This document shows, one piece after another, positions 18,346 through 25,625 of a stretch of DNA of 54,873 bases. Positions within the stretch are counted from its first letter, which is position 1, and the number at the start of each line of letters is the position of its first letter. The DNA is taken from the IMG/VR virus record IMGVR_UViG_3300005860_000047, positions 1-54,873 of that record; one strand, written 5' to 3'. The stretch comes from a virus. Lineage: Duplodnaviria > Caudoviricetes. Position numbers and translations under genes: made by a program. The notes under the pieces were generated by a model. That model made no database searches, was not told the DNA's origin, and saw only the letters and a list, made by a program, of their open reading frames with translations.

Positions 18346-19133
18346 TGGTACGGTGGTGGAAGAACAAAACCTCGGCAAAGACTGGCAAGGCCGAAAACAA
18401 GGCTGAGGTCAAGACTGAAACCAAAACCGATGTCAAGTCGGTTGTGTGGCTTCGTGGCGGCGAGTGCCACGAGGACCCGAAAGAAGTCGCGCCCGCCCTG
18501 TGGTGCGGCAGCAAGTGGGCGGCCGAGGACATGGCCCTGATGGGCCTGGACGTCCTCGTGCCGCTCGCCTCGCTGGACGGCGACATTTGGGAAACTGGCT
18601 GGCGGGGCGAAATTCTTTACGTGCCTATAGAAGATTACGGCGTTCTGCCCCAGGACGTGCTGGCCAGGTACGCCCGCCGCGTCGCGGACCTGCTCTGCGA
18701 CGGCAAGCGCGTGGGCGTGTTCTGCGTAGGCGGGCACGGCCGGGCTGGGTACTTCGCGGCGGCCGTGCTGGGCTTGCTCTACCCGGAGATTGATCCGGTG
18801 GAGCACCTGCGGGGTTACTATTGCGAAAAGGCGGTGGAAACCGAAGGCCAGCTTCGCAGTTTGGCCGAATTCCTTAACCGGCCCGAGCTGACCAAGCACG
18901 GGCCGAGCAAGACCCCCGATGGGCTTGTCGCCCTGCTCGGCGGCGGGGAGGTGATTACCGCCGGCGGGGCCGTTGAGAAGAGAAACAGTTGGGGCAGTTG
19001 CTACACCTGCGAGTGGTTGAGTTTTGAGAAGGGATTAAAGCAATGCGATTGGCACGGCTGCATAGTCGAGGGCGCGGCCGGCGGTTGCGGCGACTGGCGG
19101 CCGATTAATGCAAGGTGGAGAGAGGAGGTTTGA
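18342..19133 (+). CDS. Dual-specificity/protein-tyrosine phosphatase family protein
   Basis: CX5R loop VFCVGGHGRAG; upstream PIEDYG; AVETEGQ. Confidence 0.8.
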   Translation: MMVRWWKNKTSAKTGKAENKAEVKTETKTDVKSVVWLRGGECHEDPKEVAPALWCGSKWAAEDMALMGLDVLVPLASLDGDIWETGWRGEILYVPIEDYGVLPQDVLARYARRVADLLCDGKRVGVFCVGGHGRAGYFAAAVLGLLYPEIDPVEHLRGYYCEKAVETEGQLRSLAEFLNRPELTKHGPSKTPDGLVALLGGGEVITAGGAVEKRNSWGSCYTCEWLSFEKGLKQCDWHGCIVEGAAGGCGDWRPINARWREEV

Positions 19134-19136
19134 TCT

Positions 19137-19448
19137 ATGGCCAAGACGTTTACTTCACCACAAACCGGCTCCGAGTACCGCGTGGTCGCCGAATACGGCG
19201 ACTTTCTTATTTGCTACCGTCCTATTGACGGCGGGAAGCGGTTCCGCGTTCGCATCCAGGGGCCGGAGCCGCTGTCTCTGTGCGGGGTAAAGAAACGCCT
19301 CCACAATTTCGACATATGGTCCAATGTGAAGGACGGGGACCACATCAGCGTTGTGGTTCCTAACGACGGCCAGAGTCTTGCCAATGCCGTCGCGGACGCC
19401 GTGCGCGCCGTGATGCTGTATCCCTTTGGGAAGGGAGGTGAAGAGTGA
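19137..19448 (+). CDS. Hypothetical protein (paralogue A1)
   Basis: FTSPQTGSEYRVV...DHIS. Confidence 0.7.
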   Translation: MAKTFTSPQTGSEYRVVAEYGDFLICYRPIDGGKRFRVRIQGPEPLSLCGVKKRLHNFDIWSNVKDGDHISVVVPNDGQSLANAVADAVRAVMLYPFGKGGEE

Positions 19449-19732
19449 TGTTGAGCTTGGCCTTCACATCCCCGCAGACCGGCAGTGAATACCGCGTTGT
19501 CTACGCCGCCACCGGCCGGCTTGTGGCCTACCGCAGCCTGAGCGACGGCCGCTACCGCGTTCGGGTGCAGGCGCCGGAAAAGGAGTTGGCCCAGCTCAAG
19601 GACGAGCTGGACGGCTTCGGCTACGGCGCCACCGGCAATGACCACATCAGCCGGGTGGTCGAGGCCGAGGACCTGCCTGCCACCGTGGGCGGCGCCGTGG
19701 CCGCCGTGGTGCGGCTGGCCGAAAGCTTGTAA
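19445..19732 (+). CDS. Hypothetical protein (paralogue A2)
   Basis: FTSPQTGSEYRVV...DHIS. Confidence 0.7.
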   Translation: MMLSLAFTSPQTGSEYRVVYAATGRLVAYRSLSDGRYRVRVQAPEKELAQLKDELDGFGYGATGNDHISRVVEAEDLPATVGGAVAAVVRLAESL

Positions 19733-19745
19733 CCTGTGAGGAGGT

Positions 19746-19777
19746 GCGCCCGATGAGGCCCTGTGGGCCGAGGGCGC
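19746..19777 (+). ncRNA. Kink-turn-like hairpin, copy 2
   Basis: GCGCCC-GAU-GA-GGCC-CUGUG-GGCC-GA-GGGCGC. Confidence 0.5.
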
Positions 19778-19811
19778 CGCGTACATACCAAGTAAAAAGG
19801 AGGGGTATGGT

Positions 19812-20060
19812 GTGTTGAGCGCGAGGGAGATTGTTCTTCTGGGCGAGGCTGCCGAGGTTCTTGGCGCCTTGGCCGCCGAGAAAACCGAAGCCGAGTGGGA
19901 GCAATTTTTAGACGGAGTGTATCAAGTCGCGACGGAGATGCAGCAGGCAGCGAAGGACAAGCCTTTTATTGTGGGAATTGTCGCCGCGGCGTACACCTTG
20001 CACGTTTTGCTTGAAGAGCTTGAGAGGCGGCGCGTCGAGCGCCGTGGGTTTGTTCAATAA
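19812..20060 (+). CDS. Hypothetical protein
   Basis: AAGGAGGGG RBS. Confidence 0.6.
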   Translation: MLSAREIVLLGEAAEVLGALAAEKTEAEWEQFLDGVYQVATEMQQAAKDKPFIVGIVAAAYTLHVLLEELERRRVERRGFVQ

Positions 20061-20082
20061 GTTTATGAAGGAGGGATTTGGT

Positions 20083-20565
20083 ATGGATTTCACCCGCTTT
20101 TTGACCATTGTGCGAGACGCCAGGGTAACCGGCCGCCCCGCTGCCGCTGTCAAGGTGTTTGAAGATGCCGGATTGGGCGTGACCCATTTGTCCGACCCGA
20201 TGGACATCGAGCACTTCTATGTCAACACCACGCCGCACCCGGTGCGGGTGCTCGGCCGGGACGGGCGCGTTGCGCTCGCCGTCCCCGCCGCCACCGACCC
20301 GCTGCGGTTGGAAGAAAAAACCGAGGTCGTCGGTTATCTCGACGGCATCCCGGTGGTGGAGAAGCGTTTGGAGGGTGTTGGCGAGAACGCGCGCCACGAG
20401 CTGGCCTTGCACGATTTGCTCGGGTTTTTCTACATCGTCCCGCTTGTGGTCGCCCAGGCCGTGCGCTACTACCGTTTCCTCGTCCCGGACGATTTGGTGC
20501 GGGACGAAGAAGGTAAAGTAGTCGGCTGCCGGCGGTTCTCGACGTTCGACAAGATAGTCGTTTAA
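20083..20565 (+). CDS. NxTPH-motif protein, candidate Crn4-like ring nuclease
   Basis: VNTTPHPVRV...YIVPLVVAQ...LVPDDLVRDEEGKVVGCRRF; AAGGAGGG RBS. Confidence 0.5.
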   Translation: MDFTRFLTIVRDARVTGRPAAAVKVFEDAGLGVTHLSDPMDIEHFYVNTTPHPVRVLGRDGRVALAVPAATDPLRLEEKTEVVGYLDGIPVVEKRLEGVGENARHELALHDLLGFFYIVPLVVAQAVRYYRFLVPDDLVRDEEGKVVGCRRFSTFDKIVV

Positions 20566-20581
20566 GGAATGGGGTGACGCA

Positions 20582-20776
20582 ATGAATTGTTGTAAGTGCG
20601 GAATCAGGATAAGTCTTGCTGGCCCTTCCACCCCGCCTCCTAAAACATCTCATGAATGGGTTGAGGTACGGTGGCACGAAAGCGCAGAACTTGAGCCTTA
20701 TTATTGCAAGATTTTCATAGTGCGTACCGACATTTACTGTCGTAGGTGTTATGAGGAATTAATAGGAAGCAACTGA
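20582..20776 (+). CDS. Small zinc-binding protein
   Basis: CCKC...YCRRC. Confidence 0.5.
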   Translation: MNCCKCGIRISLAGPSTPPPKTSHEWVEVRWHESAELEPYYCKIFIVRTDIYCRRCYEELIGSN

Positions 20777-20794
20777 GGAAGGAGGCAACCAACG

Positions 20795-21082
20795 ATGGCC
20801 GACTTTAAGTCAGCACAATTACGTGCGGTAGATCGGTCCGTCGGCCGGGCAGTCCGATATTTGGCTACGGGCGTAGAAAAAAGCATTGTGGTTTACGGCG
20901 CCGTGCCGACGACTGCGGCCGTAGGGCTGCTTTGTATTCAAACGCTTGCGGCCGTCAAAGACGGCTTCGGTTTGCCGCTCTTCAAAGCACTTCTGGCGGC
21001 GTTCATGCAGGACTTGTCTAAAGAGTGCGGCGTGCCCGTGTCGGTGATTTTCGGTGAGGAGGCGGTCGTAAATGAGCAATGA
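20795..21082 (+). CDS. Hypothetical protein (paralogue B1)
   Basis: AAFMQDLSKECGVPVSVIF. Confidence 0.6.
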   Translation: MADFKSAQLRAVDRSVGRAVRYLATGVEKSIVVYGAVPTTAAVGLLCIQTLAAVKDGFGLPLFKALLAAFMQDLSKECGVPVSVIFGEEAVVNEQ

Positions 21083-21335
21083 CGAAGCCAAGTTTCGCGA
21101 GGCGGTGGCGCGTCTGGGCATGATGATGCTTGGGTGCAGCGCGGCTTACGGCCCGGCGATTGCTTCCGCAGCCGCCGCCTGGCTTTTTATAACCACCTTG
21201 TCGGCGATTAGGGTTAGTTGTGGCCTTGATGCTTTCAAAGAAGCGGTGGCCGCGTTCGCCCGCGACCTCTCGCGGGAATGCGGCTTGGGCGTGACCGTGA
21301 CTTTTGTGGAGAAGGAGGAGGAGGTGTCCATATGA
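21072..21335 (+). CDS. Hypothetical protein (paralogue B2)
   Basis: AAFARDLSRECGLGVTVTF. Confidence 0.6.
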   Translation: MSNDEAKFREAVARLGMMMLGCSAAYGPAIASAAAAWLFITTLSAIRVSCGLDAFKEAVAAFARDLSRECGLGVTVTFVEKEEEVSI

Positions 21336-21550
21336 CCGTTCGCGTCTGCGCCCGTTGCGGGTTCGGGGTTCACGGCCTGGACCCGACCACCGGCGAAAGA
21401 TACTGTCTCGCCTGTGGTTCGCGGGTGTTCTCGGACGTAACCCGCGACCGCTGGCGTTGTCAGTATTGTGGAAAGCTAGCTGATAAGCCAGTCATGATCG
21501 TGGACGCCTGGCAGGGCGTTCATTACGACGGCTGCCGGGGGTGGGATTGA
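21332..21550 (+). CDS. Small zinc-ribbon protein
   Basis: Three CxxC motifs; GGAGGAGG RBS. Confidence 0.55.
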   Translation: MTVRVCARCGFGVHGLDPTTGERYCLACGSRVFSDVTRDRWRCQYCGKLADKPVMIVDAWQGVHYDGCRGWD

Positions 21551-21723
21551 TGTGGCCGTCGGCAAGACTGTGCCCGATGACGTCCGACGCCAGCGGCCGT
21601 CGCTGGCACTGCGATAAAAGCAGTATGTGGTACCGCGATGGTGACTGCGCGGTGGTCACCCTCGCTAACGCAATAGCCGGCTTGTATCGCTATTTGCTTG
21701 GGCACCGGAAGGAGGCTGATTGA
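21550..21723 (+). CDS. Small hypothetical protein
   Basis: Start overlaps the upstream stop. Confidence 0.45.
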   Translation: MWPSARLCPMTSDASGRRWHCDKSSMWYRDGDCAVVTLANAIAGLYRYLLGHRKEAD

Positions 21724-21724
21724 C

Positions 21725-21925
21725 GTGTCCTTTCCGCCTTATGCGACAAATCTGGAGAAGTTGAAAGTGGCGTTCAGCTTGGTGTCCGAGGTATACACCG
21801 ATCTGGCCAGAGAGTTGGGTTTTAAGGCGGTGGACAGGTTGGCGGAATTGGCGGAGGCAAGCAGGGCGTTGGATCGGTTTATAAGCGTCATACTGCCCGA
21901 TTTACGGAAGGAGGTGCGGGAGTGA
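21725..21925 (+). CDS. Hypothetical protein
   Basis: AAGGAGG RBS; start uncertain. Confidence 0.5.
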   Translation: MSFPPYATNLEKLKVAFSLVSEVYTDLARELGFKAVDRLAELAEASRALDRFISVILPDLRKEVRE

Positions 21926-22137
21926 TAACGGTAATTGATACCTATCCCGGCGGTGAGCTTGACATCGTCGCCAAGGAAGGGATTGTCAGCGGCACGGTCG
22001 AAGTCACATTACGGTTTGTCAGCGGCGACGCCTGGAACAGCGTGGTTCTCACCCTGCGGCCCGAGCAGGCGGCTCAGATCGTCGAAAAGTTGCAGGAGGT
22101 GATAGAGCGTGAGGCCAGCAGCAAGGAAGCGGCTTGA
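21922..22137 (+). CDS. Hypothetical protein
   Basis: AAGGAGGTG RBS. Confidence 0.55.
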   Translation: MITVIDTYPGGELDIVAKEGIVSGTVEVTLRFVSGDAWNSVVLTLRPEQAAQIVEKLQEVIEREASSKEAA

Positions 22138-22330
22138 CTTGAACGACCTCCCGCCGTTTCTCACCGTCCCGCAGGCGGGAGAAATCCTTCAGGTGGATAA
22201 GCGGACGGCTTACTATCTTGCCCAGTCGGGCGTCATCCCCACCGTCCGCCTAGGCAAGAGGCGCCTGCGGGTTCCGAAAGACGCTCTGCTGGCGAGGTTG
22301 CAGGAGACTAGTGGGCGCCTGGCGAATTAG
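22109..22330 (+). CDS. xis: Excisionase (HTH_17-like)
   Basis: FLTVPQAGEILQVDKRTAYYLAQSGVIPTVRLGKRRLRVPK; upstream of int; start uncertain. Confidence 0.75.
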   Translation: MRPAARKRLDLNDLPPFLTVPQAGEILQVDKRTAYYLAQSGVIPTVRLGKRRLRVPKDALLARLQETSGRLAN

Positions 22331-22365
22331 TCTTTTTAAGACTTTGTGGAGGAGGTACGGCTATT

Positions 22366-22695
22366 GTGGAGGATGTTCTGGTTGTTTTGGAGAGCAGGAC
22401 CGGCGTTAAGTTTGCCGGTTGGGTGGCCAAGGAGAAGGCTGCCGAGTTCAAGCGAGACGTTAAAGAGAGGGGCTTACGCATCGGCGACGCCGATCCTTGC
22501 GTTCCCGTTCATCTGCGGAATAAGTGTTTTAAGATTGTGAAGGCGTGGTCGCCAAGCATGCCTGAGGCGTATCTGAAAAAGCACCCGGAAGTTATCATCC
22601 CCCGCTGGCTGTCTCTACGTCCGCCGCGTCCTGAGTATTGGGCTGCTGTGGGCGAGACGCCTCCGGCGGAAATTTTACCCGAAAACTGGTTGTAG
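22366..22695 (+). CDS. Hypothetical protein
   Basis: GGAGGAGG RBS. Confidence 0.55.
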   Translation: MEDVLVVLESRTGVKFAGWVAKEKAAEFKRDVKERGLRIGDADPCVPVHLRNKCFKIVKAWSPSMPEAYLKKHPEVIIPRWLSLRPPRPEYWAAVGETPPAEILPENWL

Positions 22696-22698
22696 CAG

Positions 22699-23865
22699 TT
22701 GGAAAGGAAGGGGAGGAGGCGCGTGCCAAGACGCGGCCGCGGCGAAGGCACCATTGTTAAACGCAAGGACGGTCGGTGGGAGGCCCGCCTGACGGTGGGC
22801 CGCGATCCTTCCACCGGCAAATTGAAGCGGATCAGTTTTTACGGCAGGACCCGCGCAGAGGCTGCTGAAAAGTTAGCGGAGGCAATGGGCGAGCTGGTTA
22901 CCGAAGGCGTGCTGTCGTCGCCGGGAAAGTTGACCGTCGGCCAGTGGTTGGAGCGGTGGTTCAAGGAGTATAAGGAAGGCAAGCTGCGGGTAACTACTCG
23001 CGAGAACTACTGGTCCATAGCCAAAAACCACCTGCTCCCCGCTCTCGGCGATCTCCGGCTGAAGGACCTTCGCGCGGATCACCTGCAGGCTCTCTACAAC
23101 GCGAAGCTGCAATCCGGCCTGGCCGTGCGGACGGTGCACCTGATGCACCAGGTTATGCGCGGCGCGCTAAAGAAAGCCGTGGAAGTCGGCCTGCTGAAGA
23201 GGAACCCGTGCCAGGGTGTGGAACTGCCTTCGCTCAAGTATGAAGAGCGCGAGCCGCTGACGCCGGAGGAGCAGGAGCGGTTTCTCCGAGCGCTGGCGTC
23301 CGACAGGCTCGGGCCGGCGTTCATCACCCTCCTCGGCACGGGGCTGCGGCGGGGCGAGCTGCTCGGCCTTAAGTGGTGCGACGTGGACCTCGACGGCGCA
23401 AGACTCGTGGTCCGCCGCCAGCGTGTGGCCGCCAAGGGCGGCGCGAAGGAGCAGCCGCCGAAGTCGGAAAAGTCCAGGCGGGTGTTGCCTCTTCCGCCTG
23501 TGGTTGTGGAGGCGCTGAGGCTCCACCGCGAGCGGATGGTGATGGAAGAGAACTACAGCCGCGACGGCTACGTTTTCTGCACCGGCAAGGGAACGCCTAT
23601 CCTGCCGCGAAACTTCAACCGCAAGCTCACCCAACTCTGCCGCAAGGCCGGGTTGGAGGGCGTGTCGCCGCACGTTCTCCGCCACACCTTCGGCACGCGG
23701 CTGCTTGAGGCCGGCCACGACCTGCGCGTGATCCAGGAGCTTTTGGGCCACAGCAGACACAGTTTTACGGCGGACGTCTACGCGCACGTCCTCGACCGTC
23801 TCAAGCGGCAGGCGATTGAAGACCTAGACCTCGGCATAAAAAGAAGCTCCCCACCGGATGAGTGA
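22699..23865 (+). CDS. int: Tyrosine integrase
   Basis: RRGRGEGTI arm-binding N-terminus; GLRRGE, HVLRHT, LGHS, catalytic Y. Confidence 0.95.
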   Translation: MERKGRRRVPRRGRGEGTIVKRKDGRWEARLTVGRDPSTGKLKRISFYGRTRAEAAEKLAEAMGELVTEGVLSSPGKLTVGQWLERWFKEYKEGKLRVTTRENYWSIAKNHLLPALGDLRLKDLRADHLQALYNAKLQSGLAVRTVHLMHQVMRGALKKAVEVGLLKRNPCQGVELPSLKYEEREPLTPEEQERFLRALASDRLGPAFITLLGTGLRRGELLGLKWCDVDLDGARLVVRRQRVAAKGGAKEQPPKSEKSRRVLPLPPVVVEALRLHRERMVMEENYSRDGYVFCTGKGTPILPRNFNRKLTQLCRKAGLEGVSPHVLRHTFGTRLLEAGHDLRVIQELLGHSRHSFTADVYAHVLDRLKRQAIEDLDLGIKRSSPPDE

Positions 23866-23884
23866 GGAGCCAGTCCCAGCCGAC

Positions 23885-23906
23885 GCCGGGCGGTTTTCCG
23901 CCCGGC
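23885..23906. terminator. GC hairpin between convergent int and cI
   Basis: GCCGGGCGG-TTTT-CCGCCCGGC. Confidence 0.55.
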
Positions 23907-23925
23907 TAAAAATTTGGGTTCGTGG

Positions 23926-24164
23926 TGTCGTCAAATTGTCGTCAGCCGCGCTTTTTACCGTCCGCCACGAACCCGCAAACCCTTGATTTTCCTGGTGGGC
24001 GATGGTGGATTCGAACCACCGGCCCCTTGCTTGTAAGGCAAGTGCTGCCAGTTTTTGGGGTATTGCCGCGCCTGTGAAGCGTTGATTTTCCTAGGTTTTG
24101 TTTCACCGTTACTCACTAAGACTCACCACTTTTCTTTCCTTGTTGTCGTCAAAATTGTCGTCAG
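23926..24164. other. attP: core = 3' part of tRNA-Val(TAC) at 23993-24046 (minus strand), flanked by arm-type repeats
   Basis: Reverse complement AGCACTTGCCTTACAAGCAAGGGGCCGGTGGTTCGAATCCACCATCGCCCACCA; TGTCGTCAAA(A)TTGTCGTCAG at 23926-23945 and 24144-24164. Confidence 0.85.
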
Positions 24165-25018
24165 AGGTTTTTGGGCGGTGGCGGCACATGCGTTGAGATC
24201 ACGCAGTAAACGACGCCTTTTATGCTATCGTTTTCTTGAAGTTCATAGTCTTCATAATTGGGGTTAGCGGCGCGGAGGAAGGGCTTGCCGTCCTTTTCAA
24301 CGTAGTACTTGACCGTCGGCAGCCCTTCTTCTCCAATTGTGGCAACTACCATGTCCCCCGGTTTCGGTGCGATGTCTGAGCGGATTAGCACTTTGTCCCC
24401 GTTGTGAATGCCCGCCCCGACCATGCTGTCCCCGACCACGTTGACCATTGCGATGTCTTCGTAATTTGCTGCCGGCGGTAAAAGTTCAGGCGGCAACGGT
24501 ACTAGCACGGTTTCCTCTGTAAAGTCGCTGGTGTAACCGCCGGCTGCGCTGAGTTGCTTTATCGGCTTTAGCTTGGTTACGTAAGTTGCCGGTGTTTTTA
24601 TCGGCGTGGTTCCGAGGATGCTTATTTGATCGCTTAGTCGCTTTAGTTCCAAGGTGTCCGACTGCTTCGGCCACCGCGCTAACTCCTTTACGACTTTTTC
24701 CAGCGCTGCGATTAGTTTCTCTTTGTCTTCGGGGACGATTGGCTTCGTCAGAAATTCCATATCGACTCCGAGAATATCGGACACGGCTCTTGCATCGGCT
24801 AATCGGGGCGACCGTTCTCCGGTTATCCACGATTGAACACGCCGATAGTCCACATGCTCCCCGAGCAATGCGGAGAGTTTAGCTGCCAGATCTCCGATTT
24901 TAATGTTTTTGGCTTCCATAACTTCTTTCAGTCTGTTTCCGAAGACCTTGCGCTGCTCTTCATCCCACTTCGCTTTCTCTTGTTGTTTGTTTTTCTTCTC
25001 ATCTTCGCGTCTCCGCAT
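24161..25018 (-). CDS. cI: CI-like repressor (HTH + S24 peptidase)
   Basis: N-terminal HTH; AAGG cleavage region; VVGDSM (Ser); TVK (Lys); AANPNY. Confidence 0.9.
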   Translation of the reverse strand: MRRREDEKKNKQQEKAKWDEEQRKVFGNRLKEVMEAKNIKIGDLAAKLSALLGEHVDYRRVQSWITGERSPRLADARAVSDILGVDMEFLTKPIVPEDKEKLIAALEKVVKELARWPKQSDTLELKRLSDQISILGTTPIKTPATYVTKLKPIKQLSAAGGYTSDFTEETVLVPLPPELLPPAANYEDIAMVNVVGDSMVGAGIHNGDKVLIRSDIAPKPGDMVVATIGEEGLPTVKYYVEKDGKPFLRAANPNYEDYELQENDSIKGVVYCVISTHVPPPPKNL

Positions 25019-25038
25019 TTTGTGGGCCTCCTTTCTAC

Positions 25039-25085
25039 TTGACTAGGGTTCACGGAGCGTGTATAATTACCACAGGTGGTGGTAC
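25039..25085 (+). promoter_or_regulatory. Lytic promoter with two CAC-N5-GTG operators
   Basis: TTGACT-N17-TATAAT; TTCAC-GGAGC-GTGTA and TACCAC-AGGTG-GTGGTA. Confidence 0.8.
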
Positions 25086-25087
25086 TT

Positions 25088-25318
25088 ATGGCAGCCATAC
25101 CCGCGTTCCGTGAACAGGACCTTGTGTTGGACCTGCAAAAGATTAGGCAGCGCCGCAAAGAGCTTGGCCTCTCAATAGAGCAGGCTGCTAAAAGAGCTGG
25201 CATCACATGGTCCATGTGGATCAAGATCGAACGCGGCGAACGCCTCCCTTCGCTCAGAGTGGCGACGAGGGTAGCGCGGGTCCTGGGGGTCGGCCTCGAC
25301 TACCTTCTCACCTCATAA
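25088..25318 (+). CDS. cro: Cro-like XRE HTH regulator
   Basis: IRQRRKELGLSIEQAAKRAGIT..IERGERLPS; divergent from cI. Confidence 0.85.
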   Translation: MAAIPAFREQDLVLDLQKIRQRRKELGLSIEQAAKRAGITWSMWIKIERGERLPSLRVATRVARVLGVGLDYLLTS

Positions 25319-25385
25319 CTATTATACACAGGCGGTGCAGATTTGCATACTGCTTTTCTTAATTCCACAGGAGGAGGTGCGTGCT

Positions 25386-25625
25386 ATGAGCAGGAATTTC
25401 GGCGTCATTTTGCGCCAGCACAGGCTGCGTGCGGGACTAACCCAGCGGGCGCTGGCACGTCAGGTGGGAGTAGCGCCTGAAACACTTAGCCACTACGAGG
25501 TCGGGCGTTTGCCTGTGCCGCCTGACGTCGCCGTAGCCATTGCCCGTTCCCTGCAAAACCGCTGTCTGCTGGAAGCATATTGCCACGGTTGTCCCATCAC
25601 CCAAGCGCAAAAGGGGGTGGCGTAG
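25386..25625 (+). CDS. XRE-family HTH protein
   Basis: LRQHRLRAGLTQRALARQVGV..YEVG. Confidence 0.8.
   Translation: MSRNFGVILRQHRLRAGLTQRALARQVGVAPETLSHYEVGRLPVPPDVAVAIARSLQNRCLLEAYCHGCPITQAQKGVA

Noticed and set aside
19750-19775. Hammerhead ribozyme
   Set aside because: Reads CCGAUGA...GAGG rather than CUGANGA...GAAA; fits a k-turn better
23993-24046. Functional tRNA-Val gene
   Set aside because: The 5' acceptor strand and D-arm are missing; this is an att core
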